NCBI GenBank assembly: GCA_037140715.1
Contig: JBAXDX010000001.1
Location: 8,000 to 71,999 of the forward strand
Direction of reading: 5' to 3'
Length of the DNA: 64,000 bases
Source of the DNA: Ignavibacteria bacterium
GTDB lineage: Bacteria; Bacteroidota; Ignavibacteria; Ignavibacteriales; SURF-24
In this document: positions 1 to 8,696 of the stretch, piece by piece
How positions within the stretch are numbered: the stretch's first letter is position 1
How the letters are laid out: each line of letters begins with the position of its first letter
Program-made: the position numbers and the translations under genes
Notes under the pieces: generated by a model
Told to the model about the DNA's origin: nothing
Databases searched by the model: none
The model's input: the letters and a program-made list of their open reading frames with translations, nothing else

Positions 1-1
1 G

Positions 2-148
2 CATGCGGGATGGTTAATGACCACACAACCGATTGTTTCCGCCATAAAACGCTTTAGTTTTGAGTTAGAACCATTTACGATTTATTGTCTGCCGGAAAGA
101 ACCATTCAGGTACATCATCTGATTTCTTCTGGTAAAGCGCTGAGTTAG
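2..148 (+). CDS. 3' end of an upstream gene (partial, product unknown)
   Basis: Frame 2 is open from the window edge to TAG at 146-148 (48 codons). AGGAG lies just before the next ATG at 154. No family recognised. Confidence 0.3.
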   Translation, partial: HAGWLMTTQPIVSAIKRFSFELEPFTIYCLPERTIQVHHLISSGKALS

Positions 149-153
149 GAGCC

Positions 154-1011
154 ATGGAAAACATAGAATTTAATTGGGAATCAAATGCGGGACTTCGGAT
201 TTTCGGGCAGTTTTGGAAACCGGAAGGAAATAATATTAAAGCTGTCGTATGTCTGGTGCATGGACTTGGCGAACACAGTAGTCGCTACAAGGTTCTTCCT
301 CAGACTCTTACAGATAACGGTTTTGCACTAATCGGTTTCGACCTTGAGGGACATGGGAAGTCAGAGGGCAAAAGGGGTCATACTCCTTCCTATCAGGCTT
401 ACATGGATAATATCAGCATACTTCTTGACAAAGCGCATCAGTTTTTCCCTGGTACTGATATTTTTCTTTACGGGCACAGTCTTGGCGGTAATCTTGTAAT
501 TAATTATATACTTCGGAATAAGCCTAGTGTCAAAGGTGTTATTGCTACCGGACCCTGGTTCAGACTTTCCAATCCCCCAAAAGAATCGGTACAGAAATTT
601 GCTTTCTGGCTTAATAAGTTTTGGCCCAGTTTCAGGGCTTTTAACAGGATCAAGTCGGGGCATCGTGGAGAAGAGCGGGTCTGCAAAATGGTTAAAGACA
701 GACTTATACATCCCTGGATTTCGGTAAGGACATTTCTTTCGGCTCAGGAGGCTGGTTGCTGGGCTATCAGACATGCAGGGGAACTCCATGTTCCGTTGCT
801 TATACTGCATGGTGGTGAGGATCAGGTTACTTCGGTTAATGCCTCGCGTGAATTTGCGGGAGTCGCGGGTGAAAAATGTGATATTAAGATATGGCCGGGG
901 CTGTATCATGAAATTCATAATGAGCCACGTAATACTGAGCTATTTGATGAAGTTATTACATGGCTGAATCTGCGCATTGATTCGGGCAAAAAAAAGCCCC
1001 ATTCTAATTAA
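154..1011 (+). CDS. alpha/beta hydrolase (lysophospholipase / monoacylglycerol-lipase-like)
   Basis: 285-aa ORF with HGLGEHSSRY near the N-terminus, nucleophile elbow GHSLGG, and a C-terminal LYHEIHNE histidine motif. This is the typical serine-hydrolase layout. Confidence 0.85.
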   Translation: MENIEFNWESNAGLRIFGQFWKPEGNNIKAVVCLVHGLGEHSSRYKVLPQTLTDNGFALIGFDLEGHGKSEGKRGHTPSYQAYMDNISILLDKAHQFFPGTDIFLYGHSLGGNLVINYILRNKPSVKGVIATGPWFRLSNPPKESVQKFAFWLNKFWPSFRAFNRIKSGHRGEERVCKMVKDRLIHPWISVRTFLSAQEAGCWAIRHAGELHVPLLILHGGEDQVTSVNASREFAGVAGEKCDIKIWPGLYHEIHNEPRNTELFDEVITWLNLRIDSGKKKPHSN

Positions 1012-1020
1012 AGATGGGGC
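996..1020. terminator. hairpin between convergent genes (possible bidirectional terminator)
   Basis: GCCCCAT (996-1002) pairs with ATGGGGC (1014-1020), preceded by an A-run. It lies between the convergent ORFs 154-1011 and 1027-1722. Confidence 0.35.
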
Positions 1021-1026
1021 AGGTAT

Positions 1027-1722
1027 CTAGGAAATAACCGGAGGAACGGGCGGGTCAGTTGGTTTTTCATGCCTTATTCCGAGGTTTTTAATGGTTTTTA
1101 TTGCCTGATACTCTTTGTACATTGCTTCATTTTCTGTTCTGAAGGGGATCATGCTTTTGTCAAGACTTTTTCTGATAAACATTCCAGTTGTGCTGACTTT
1201 CTCAAAAATTTCTTTTCGCATTGCTTTTTTCTCACCCTGGCTGAGTTCGCGTTTGCCGAGAGCGGATTTATAGAGTCCAAGCAGATCTTCGATTTCTGTA
1301 AGTTTTGGCAGGTCATATTCGTAAACAACAAGGCCGGCAAGGTTATCTTTTGCGGCATCAATAATACTTTTTGAGCTGTTGTAGAGATTCATTTCCGTCA
1401 TTTCCTGGAAAACGGATAAAGATTTATCGCAAAGAGCTTTTAGTTCCTCGCCTGCGATATCAACGCCAACTCCGTAAAGAGCACCGGACAAAGGGAACAT
1501 TACATCAATAAGATTTTTTGCAGCAGCCTTTTTGGCATTAGTTTTGCCTACAACGGCTTCGTCATAATTGCTTATCATATTTTCCACGGCAATGGCTTTT
1601 TCTTTAAAGGTTGTGAAAGCTGTGAGTACGGGAGGTTTGGTGGCAATAGTTGCTGCCCATTTCTCTATAAACTCCTGCATTGCCTGGTACATTACTACTT
1701 TTCTTTGAATTGACATATCCAT
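1027..1722 (-). CDS. hypothetical helical protein
   Basis: 231-aa ORF with AAGGAG-type RBS (aaaaaggagtagtaaaaATG) upstream of the start at 1722. No family recognised. Confidence 0.6.
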   Translation of the reverse strand: MDMSIQRKVVMYQAMQEFIEKWAATIATKPPVLTAFTTFKEKAIAVENMISNYDEAVVGKTNAKKAAAKNLIDVMFPLSGALYGVGVDIAGEELKALCDKSLSVFQEMTEMNLYNSSKSIIDAAKDNLAGLVVYEYDLPKLTEIEDLLGLYKSALGKRELSQGEKKAMRKEIFEKVSTTGMFIRKSLDKSMIPFRTENEAMYKEYQAIKTIKNLGIRHEKPTDPPVPPVIS

Positions 1723-1931
1723 TTTTACTACTCCTTTTTGAAATCAGGTATTTAAATGAGTCACTATTGTTTAGTACAGAACAATTTTTGCCTGTCCGAA
1801 ACAGGCGGAAGAACAGTTATTACGGGTTTGGACTAACATACTAGGTTCGGGGCGTTTTCAGGAAGACAAGAATCGAATATTAATGGCGGGGAAGATGCTG
1901 AAGGCGGATAAAAGCGGGTTCAGGATTGTTT

Positions 1932-2369
1932 TCCGGAGACTTCAGGTAGTCATCCGGAGAGTCAAGATTGTTTTCCAGGAACCCAGGATGGTCGTCCAGG
2001 AGCTTCGGATGGTCATCCAGGAGCTTCGGATGGTTTCCAGGAACCTCAGATAGTCATCCGGAGAGTCAGGATGATTTCCAGGAACATCAGATGGTCATCC
2101 GGAGAGTCAGGATGGTCATCCAGGAACTTCGGACAGTCATCCAGGAACTTAGGATGACTTCCAGGAACCTCGTACAGACAAAAGTGAGTTAATTTTTTCC
2201 TTCCAGAGACTTCGGATAAGCTTCCAGAGACTTCGGATAAACATCCAGAGACTTCAGATAAGCTTCCAGAGACTTCAGATAAGCTTCCAGGAACTTCGGA
2301 TAAGCTTCCAGGAACTTCGGATAAGCGTCCAGGAACTTCTGACAGACATCCGGAGGCCCAGGATGGCGT
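1932..2369. repeat. tandem array, about 21 units of 21 bp (consensus TCCAGGAACTTCGGATAAGCT)
   Basis: The TCC(A/G)G unit start recurs at 1932, 1953, 1974, 1995, 2016, 2036, 2057, 2077, 2098, 2119, 2140, 2160, 2202, 2223, 2244, 2265, 2286, 2307, 2328 and 2349. There are two sub-families (..GGATGGTCA vs ..GGATAAGCT) separated by one non-repeat 21-mer at 2181-2201. Confidence 0.9.
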
Positions 2370-2805
2370 TGGAATACCTGAAATAGAGCATAATTTCGCA
2401 ATATCAGGTATTTTGACACGAATTTCTCTTCTCAAGCTTACGATCTCATGTGGGATGAAGGGGGAATTTACACAAAAAGGGACAGAATCGGGGGAAGGGG
2501 AGTGTGAATGCCGTGTTAGTCCAAAATTTCAAAGAACTGCAGGGTGCCGGTCATTGTAACAGAGGTTCCTGCCATGAAACTATAGTTATAGATTCTGGTC
2601 CCAAGATATTACTTTGAATTTTCAGACGCAAGAGGGGAGAGTAATTTTTTTGAAAAAAAAAATGGCTGAGCTGTAATTTTTATGATTAAATGAGGGAGCT
2701 GTTATCTTTTGGATAACTTATTCTAAAGATTTACTGCCTGACATCAGCGGGAATGACTTCATTTTGTTCTGAAAAATAGCGGGACTATTGGAAATGAACA
2801 ATGCC

Positions 2806-5556
2806 CTAATAATAATATCCTATCGTAAAATAGAAAAACACAGGTCCTCTGGCGATGCGATTCCCATGTGATTTGTCCTGTCTGAATAAGAAACTGCGTC
2901 CAACGGAAAATTCCGCTGGGCCTAAAGGAGTGTCGAGTGAAAGCGTTGCACCGGCACCGTGCCTTAGGTCGGAGAAACGAATTAGTTCGCGGTTTACCCA
3001 ACTGGAGCCTAAGTCATAACGAAGTTTTAGGTAAGCGTCAAAAAATACTTTTAAAGGGATTCTGACACGGTACTCAAGCGAGGATAAGAATATTTGTCGT
3101 CCGCGGAATTCATAGTCGCGGAGTCCAAAAAATGAATTTTGCCCGCCAAATGAAAACTGTTGGCTTAACGGCAATGTGTTATCCGCAAAACCGATGGCTA
3201 CTCTGGGGCTGAATGAATGGACTTCATTTGAAGTAGTGATATGGCTTGTATAATCAAAATATATTTTTGTATAGCCAATGTCACTGACAAAGAGATTCTG
3301 CGCTGTTTCATAATATGCCTTAACCAGAAAACCCTTGTTCGGGAATGGGTATTTGTCCTGATTATCAATGGCAGATTGAACAGCCAGAGTAAAAATGTTA
3401 TTATTTTCGATAAAATTAAAATCGCGGATATTTGTGATTTTGCTATTCTGGTATTTTCCTTCAACTATCAGGTTGCCAAATTTTTCTGCCTGCATTCCAA
3501 ATCCCAATGAAAAACCTTTGTTTATCTGCTGGTATTCGGCGACCGAAAGACGATCGAATTTACCGCCTATTACAAGCGGGTTGTCCTCGTAGGAATATAT
3601 ATTATTAATATCATAGAAAGCGCGCAGTTTATAAGTCAGGTATGTCTGAAAAATTCTATTTGCTTTATGTTCAAGAATATAAGAACCATTGCGCTCGCCT
3701 CCTGAAATAATAAGTCCAAGCTCGGTGCCAGTGCCGACTAAGTTTTCATCACGGATATCGATGTTGCCCTGGACACGGTTTTCATTGTCAATCCTGAGTC
3801 CGAAACGTACAAGGCTCGACAGTTTTTCGGATACTTTAAGCTTCAGCGTATTTACTCCACCTGAATCGGACGATGTAAGTGAAATATCATTAAACAGATT
3901 TGTGCCCCGCAGGCTAGCGAGGCAGCCGTCAACTTTTTTATACTGAAAATAGTCGCCTGAATCAATAGGAAATTCTCTTTGTATAATACTGCGCTTTGTC
4001 TTCTGATTTCCATCAATCTCAATATTTAAGATTTTGCCTTCGGAGAATTTAAGGCTAAGGAGTCCCTGCCGGTTGTCGAAGTTTAGATTTTCAATTTCAG
4101 CCAGCGAATAACCGAGTCCGCGGTAGAGTTTAAGGATATTAAGGACAGTTAGATATATTTTTTCAATATTAAAAGGATTATTGAACAGCGGGGATAGCAA
4201 TGAATCAACCTTTGCCTGTTCAAGGAAAGTTATGCCTTCAACTGAGATTGCTTTGACGTATGGATTTTTCTTAGCGATAAATCTTATATGCGTCTGCCCG
4301 CTGTTTTCAGTTGCCGTCACATAAAGGCTGTCATAATCACCTGATTTATAAATATCGTTAAGGTCGTTAAGAATTTCGTGGTTGCTTACAGAATCCTTTT
4401 GTGAGTATTTATTAATAAGCTTTTTTTCAAACAGTTCGGTGTCATATCTGGAAGTAATGTTTTTGAGGAAAAATTCTTTCTCCTTAAGCTTGTTTATCGT
4501 TGTTTCTGCAATTTTTTTTTCAATTTTAGCAAGTAAAGGCAAAGTAGTTGTATAGCCTGCTTCTATGAGAGAATCGATATTTGAGAAGTCGGTATTTTTT
4601 CTTTTCCCCAGTTTGGGACTGATAACTACGTCTGCCATGCGCAGTTGCTGTTCGCTTAAGAGTCTCATTGGTATTGAAACAATCTGGCTGGCTACATTCC
4701 ATGGAGTTGCAAGTTCCAGTTGCGAATTAAGCGGGCTTGTGGTATTGAAAGCAATAACTATATCGTTGCCCGATTCGCGCGCAAGCTGGACGGGCACATT
4801 GGCTACAAGTCCGCCGTCAACGAGAAGCAGGCTGTCAATTCTTACAGGAGAAATAAATAATGTAACGCTTGAGCTTGCTCTCATTGCCTGACTGAGCGAG
4901 CCTCTGTCAAGAACGACTGCTTCGCCTGTAACGAGATTGGTGCAGACGGCTTTAAAATCAAAACGAAGTTCGTCAAAACCCGACTTAACGTGCAATGGCG
5001 CGTTAAGCGTTAACATGTTCAAATTGTTTGAAAATCTCTGCCCGTTATTTATAGATGTAGGTAGCACGACATGAAATCCTTCAAGGCGTAGCGTAACGAG
5101 CGCTTTATCTTCTGTTATTTTTTGCTCTACGAATAATTCATTTCTGCTTGTTTCGTCTGTCGATGTAAGAAATTCATTCCACGGCATAGCGCGAACAATT
5201 GAGTCAATTTCGTTTATGCTGTATCCTGCCGAGTATAATCCGCCAATAATGCTTCCCATGCTCGTCCCCGCAATTGAGCTGATCTGAATATTCTTTTCAT
5301 CTAATGCTCTGAGCACTCCAATTTGCGCCAGACTACGGGAACCGCCGCCGCTTAGAACGAGGGCAATCGAAGGTTCTATGGTTGAAATTTTTGCAGTAAG
5401 ACCAAAGGGAAGTTTTTTCTCTTTATACTGAAGACTGATAATTTTATTCGACTGGCAACAGACTCGGGACGGGCAGGCAAACAACAGGAAAAACAAAGGT
5501 GCTATTTTTAATAGCTTAAATATATTTGCCTGAAAGACTTTGTAAATATTTTTCAT
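2806..5556 (-). CDS. patatin-like phospholipase fused to POTRA/Omp85 beta-barrel (type Vd autotransporter, PlpD-like)
   Basis: 916 aa with a signal-like N-terminus. Patatin motifs are present: GGGSRS (oxyanion), GTSMGS (GxSxG) and VDGG (catalytic Asp). The C-terminal half is beta-rich and ends in aromatic residues (FTIGYYY), like Omp85/BamA barrels. Confidence 0.85.
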   Translation of the reverse strand: MKNIYKVFQANIFKLLKIAPLFFLLFACPSRVCCQSNKIISLQYKEKKLPFGLTAKISTIEPSIALVLSGGGSRSLAQIGVLRALDEKNIQISSIAGTSMGSIIGGLYSAGYSINEIDSIVRAMPWNEFLTSTDETSRNELFVEQKITEDKALVTLRLEGFHVVLPTSINNGQRFSNNLNMLTLNAPLHVKSGFDELRFDFKAVCTNLVTGEAVVLDRGSLSQAMRASSSVTLFISPVRIDSLLLVDGGLVANVPVQLARESGNDIVIAFNTTSPLNSQLELATPWNVASQIVSIPMRLLSEQQLRMADVVISPKLGKRKNTDFSNIDSLIEAGYTTTLPLLAKIEKKIAETTINKLKEKEFFLKNITSRYDTELFEKKLINKYSQKDSVSNHEILNDLNDIYKSGDYDSLYVTATENSGQTHIRFIAKKNPYVKAISVEGITFLEQAKVDSLLSPLFNNPFNIEKIYLTVLNILKLYRGLGYSLAEIENLNFDNRQGLLSLKFSEGKILNIEIDGNQKTKRSIIQREFPIDSGDYFQYKKVDGCLASLRGTNLFNDISLTSSDSGGVNTLKLKVSEKLSSLVRFGLRIDNENRVQGNIDIRDENLVGTGTELGLIISGGERNGSYILEHKANRIFQTYLTYKLRAFYDINNIYSYEDNPLVIGGKFDRLSVAEYQQINKGFSLGFGMQAEKFGNLIVEGKYQNSKITNIRDFNFIENNNIFTLAVQSAIDNQDKYPFPNKGFLVKAYYETAQNLFVSDIGYTKIYFDYTSHITTSNEVHSFSPRVAIGFADNTLPLSQQFSFGGQNSFFGLRDYEFRGRQIFLSSLEYRVRIPLKVFFDAYLKLRYDLGSSWVNRELIRFSDLRHGAGATLSLDTPLGPAEFSVGRSFLFRQDKSHGNRIARGPVFFYFTIGYYY

Positions 5557-5642
5557 GCCGTGTTGTAAACGATAAAAAAAGCCGGGCAGATATCATTGTT
5601 CAGAAAGCGAACCTGATAAACCATACGGCTTAAAAATATTAA

Positions 5643-7514
5643 TTATTTTCTTTTATTATTCTTCTGCTGATCTAGCTTCTGCGTGTGCGCGTTTTTTTCG
5701 GCGGCTTCCATCATGCGATGCATAAATCCGCCCGATTTCTTCGGATTTGCAACCGGTACAAGTTCCATGTCATTTTTCGAATTATTAACATAGTACTGCT
5801 GAATGATCGAGAACAAATTGAACATGAAATAATAAAGATTAAGTCCGGATGGAAATCCCATAAACATAAGCGTAAACATAACAGGCATAATATAAACAAG
5901 AGCCGCCTGACTTGGATCCTTAACGCTCATCTTCTGCTGGAAGTACATTGTAATGCCAAGCAACAAGGCAAGTCCGCTCACCTGTTGAATGCCAAAAATT
6001 GGAATAGCGAATGGCAGAGTAAAAATAACATCGGGAGAAGACAGGTTAGTTATCCAAAGCGTAAAGGGTTGTTGCCTGAGTTCGATTGCAACGTTAAACA
6101 ATCCCCACAAAGCTACAAGTATCGGCATCTGGAGCAACATTGGCAAACATCCGCCCGCCGGATTAATTCCGTAGGTGGAGTAAAGCTTCATTGTTTCTTT
6201 GTTTACTTTCTGCGGATCGTCTTTGAATTTTTCCTTTAACTCTGTAATCTTCGGCTGAAGCTGTTGCATTTTCTTCATCGACTTAAAGCTACTTTTTGTA
6301 AAAGGATAAAGAGCAAACTTAATTATAAGCGAGAATACAATGATTACAATGCCATAGTTAGAGATAAACAAGTGCAGGAACCCGAATAACGGCAGAAGCA
6401 CATATTCTGATATTGGTCTGATAATTATCTTTAAGCCGAAGAGACTCCCAAAATCGACAATCTTTTCAAAGTTCTTACCGTAAGCTTTAAGTACGCTATA
6501 ATCAACGGGACCGATATAAATTAAAAATGAATTAGTTTGAATGCTTGTATTGTTAAAAGGAACCTTAAGCCCTGCGCTGTAATACTTTCTGACACCAAGA
6601 TCGTTGCCTGCATGCTTTTCAGTTCCTTCGATGTATGCGCCGCCTTCGTTGCCAGGGTTTTGGGGAGCGATAATTACTGCAAAATATTTATTTCTGATAC
6701 CGATCCAATCTACTTTGCCGTTAATTTCTTTTTTTGCCGGTTCATTGACCTTAACATTAACAATTACCTGTTCATCGCCCGAATAAGCGCTGGAGTTTGA
6801 GTAAGTTGCTTCATCTACTGAGTTCTTCTCAACGAAATTAATTCCATTAGCCCAGACAAGGTTGTAGTTATCATTGCTTATGATCTTTTCCATATTATTC
6901 ATCTGAACATCGCAGCGAACGGCGTAGTCGTTGCCTTTGAATACAAAGTTCTTTGTAATCGAGCTATTCTCATATACGCCAACGCTATATTTAAGAACGA
7001 GTGAATCAGCGTTGTTTAGCTTATAATAGTTTTTATCAAGATTTGAATTAAAGGAGGCATCAGCCGTATTAAGAAGCTTTCCATCCTTTGTAACAAAGGC
7101 CAGGTTCAAATCGCCTTCATCTGAGTTAATGAGATCGATATGCTGAGTGTAAAAATTATCTTTATTCTTTGGAAGATATGCGTACCATGTCTGATATTTC
7201 TTAAGAAACCATCTTCTTATTTTAGCTCCCTTGCTTGTCATTTCAAGCTTAACAAGATTATTTTCAATAGTAATAACCTGTTCCTTTTCCTGAGATGAAG
7301 AGAAAGCGCTACCTATGGATGAAGAATCAGAAGAAATATTATTCTGAGCGGGAACGTTGCCGGTATTCGGTTTTGAAGTCTGGTTGTTTGTTCTGACCAG
7401 AGTAGAATCGGCCATTTTTTTTATAGCTGGTTGTGGTTCGGGCGAGTTAAAATAAAGCCATATAATAAGTATAGCTCCAATTAAGACGAAAGCAATAGTT
7501 GTCTGTTTATCCAT
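5643..7514 (-). CDS. yidC: membrane protein insertase YidC
   Basis: 623 aa with an N-terminal TM helix, a large periplasmic domain and the conserved C-terminal 5-TM core (..PMLLQMPILVALW..). It sits in the rnpA-yidD-yidC context. Confidence 0.95.
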   Translation of the reverse strand: MDKQTTIAFVLIGAILIIWLYFNSPEPQPAIKKMADSTLVRTNNQTSKPNTGNVPAQNNISSDSSSIGSAFSSSQEKEQVITIENNLVKLEMTSKGAKIRRWFLKKYQTWYAYLPKNKDNFYTQHIDLINSDEGDLNLAFVTKDGKLLNTADASFNSNLDKNYYKLNNADSLVLKYSVGVYENSSITKNFVFKGNDYAVRCDVQMNNMEKIISNDNYNLVWANGINFVEKNSVDEATYSNSSAYSGDEQVIVNVKVNEPAKKEINGKVDWIGIRNKYFAVIIAPQNPGNEGGAYIEGTEKHAGNDLGVRKYYSAGLKVPFNNTSIQTNSFLIYIGPVDYSVLKAYGKNFEKIVDFGSLFGLKIIIRPISEYVLLPLFGFLHLFISNYGIVIIVFSLIIKFALYPFTKSSFKSMKKMQQLQPKITELKEKFKDDPQKVNKETMKLYSTYGINPAGGCLPMLLQMPILVALWGLFNVAIELRQQPFTLWITNLSSPDVIFTLPFAIPIFGIQQVSGLALLLGITMYFQQKMSVKDPSQAALVYIMPVMFTLMFMGFPSGLNLYYFMFNLFSIIQQYYVNNSKNDMELVPVANPKKSGGFMHRMMEAAEKNAHTQKLDQQKNNKRK

Positions 7515-7528
7515 TTAAATTCCTGAGA

Positions 7529-7738
7529 TTAGTCTAATGGGTCAAATCCCCCCTTATTGAAGGGATTACATCTTAAAATCCGCCAAATTGATTTTATACT
7601 GCCTTTGAGAACTCCGTATTTGGTAAATGCCAGAAGACTGTATTGTGAACAGGAGGGATAAAACCTGCAAGAGGGCGGAAAAAGCGGAGAAATAAATTTT
7701 TGATATAGCCTGATAATGAAAACAAAAACATGTCGCAT
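7529..7738 (-). CDS. yidD: membrane protein insertion efficiency factor YidD
   Basis: 69 aa carrying the [10 protein letters not shown] ... RCNPF..GG.DP signature. It lies between rnpA and yidC. Confidence 0.9.
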   Translation of the reverse strand: MRHVFVFIIRLYQKFISPLFPPSCRFYPSCSQYSLLAFTKYGVLKGSIKSIWRILRCNPFNKGGFDPLD

Positions 7739-8136
7739 TATAAACTGCCATTTATTTTCTTTAGAAGATCAGTAAGTGCAGGCATAATATCAACAAGCTT
7801 AATAAGCTTATTTTTTATCTGGCTTAAATTGCCGGGAGAAAATACAATACGCACAAAAAACTTTTCCTCCTTATTATTTAAGTCAATTAAATGCTTGTTT
7901 AACCGGAAAGATTCCCTGATCAGGCGCTTAACTCTGTTTCTCCAAACAGCATTGCCTGCCCTTTTAGAAACTGCCGCGGCAATTTTAATCTTTCCTTCTC
8001 CGGCATTTCCCTCAATAATATAGACAGCTTTAAGTTTCTGATTGCCAGAGTAAGCTGTCTTTCCTGCTGAGTAAATTAACTTAAAGTCCTTTTCACTTTT
8101 GATTCTTTCATCTTTAGAAAGACCAAATTTTTTCAA
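7738..8136 (-). CDS. rnpA: ribonuclease P protein component
   Basis: 132-aa basic protein with the AV.RNR.KR..RE motif ([16 protein letters not shown]), directly downstream of rpmH. Apparent TTG start. Confidence 0.9.
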   Translation of the reverse strand: MKKFGLSKDERIKSEKDFKLIYSAGKTAYSGNQKLKAVYIIEGNAGEGKIKIAAAVSKRAGNAVWRNRVKRLIRESFRLNKHLIDLNNKEEKFFVRIVFSPGNLSQIKNKLIKLVDIMPALTDLLKKINGSL

Positions 8137-8141
8137 AGCTT

Positions 8142-8288
8142 CTATTTCTCATCGCTGACTGATAATTTTTTTCTACCTCTTGCGCGTCTGCGGGCCAAAA
8201 CCCTGCGTCCGTTTTTTGTGCTCATGCGTTCTCTGAAGCCGTGTTTGTTTACTCTTTTTCTCTTACTTGGCTGAAATGTTCTTTTCAT
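8142..8288 (-). CDS. rpmH: 50S ribosomal protein L34
   Basis: Hand translation of the minus strand gives [48 protein letters not shown] (48 aa). It is below the ORF-track length cutoff. Canonical L34 sequence and position upstream of rnpA. Confidence 0.92.
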   Translation of the reverse strand: MKRTFQPSKRKRVNKHGFRERMSTKNGRRVLARRRARGRKKLSVSDEK

Positions 8289-8326
8289 TGTGCATCCCCT
8301 TTAAAAATAAAGAGTTCAAAGTTAAT

Positions 8327-8348
8327 AAAACAACTCATAATAAACAAG
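8327..8348 (-). promoter_or_regulatory. promoter-like motif upstream of rpmH (degenerate copy)
   Basis: The sense strand reads TTGTTTATTATGAGTTGTTTT about 40 nt upstream of the rpmH ATG. It shares the ..TAT/AAT-ATGAGTT core with the motifs at 41547, 53039 and 61992. Confidence 0.3.
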
Positions 8349-8696
8349 AATTAAAGAAGCCCAAATTATTCTTTGTATCAGACATCAATGAGCCGGGGCA
8401 CCGCGGAGTTAACCGGTCCCTGATTGTGGACACATTGGATTCTGCCAATATGTAACTTCAGGCGAGCTATGTCCTGTTACTCAGAGTTCACTCAGAGTTC
8501 ACTCCGGCTTCAATAGAAATCAACTGATAATTCTTAAATTTATCCTTGCGATGTTAAAATGACAGAGATTTATCCACCATATTTTTTGTCTGGGGAAACC
8601 TGACTTTTCGAAAAGGCAATAATTAACCATCCTAATAATAAACTTATTTCCCATTAGTCCGAAAATATTTTTATATTACCTTGTAAATACCGGAAA

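Noticed and set aside
361-918. Long antisense or alternate-frame ORFs inside confident genes (e.g. 361-918, 5685-6239, 9869-10207, 30867-31394, 37881-38411, 39649-40086, 49261-49611, 57755-58132)
   Set aside because: Each lies wholly within a gene that has strong family motifs on the other strand or frame. No independent signal supports them.
1932-2369. CRISPR interpretation of the 21-bp arrays (also 22332-23021)
   Set aside because: The units abut each other with no unique spacers, the repeat length is too short, and there are no cas genes in the window.
1968-2435. Three overlapping ORFs (1968-2192 +, 2046-2435 -, 2189-2419 -) encoding heptad-like repeats such as SEVPGSL
   Set aside because: They exist only because the 21-bp unit lacks stop codons in several frames. 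They overlap each other on both strands, have no RBS, and their non-repeat ends look random. I treat them as by-products of a non-coding tandem array.
8416-8578. DnaA-box-like strings (TGTGGACAC at 8416, TTATCCACC at 8570) next to rpmH as a second origin
   Set aside because: There are only two imperfect boxes, no adjacent AT-rich unwinding block, and no dnaA. The clusters around dnaA at 57-59 kb are far more convincing.
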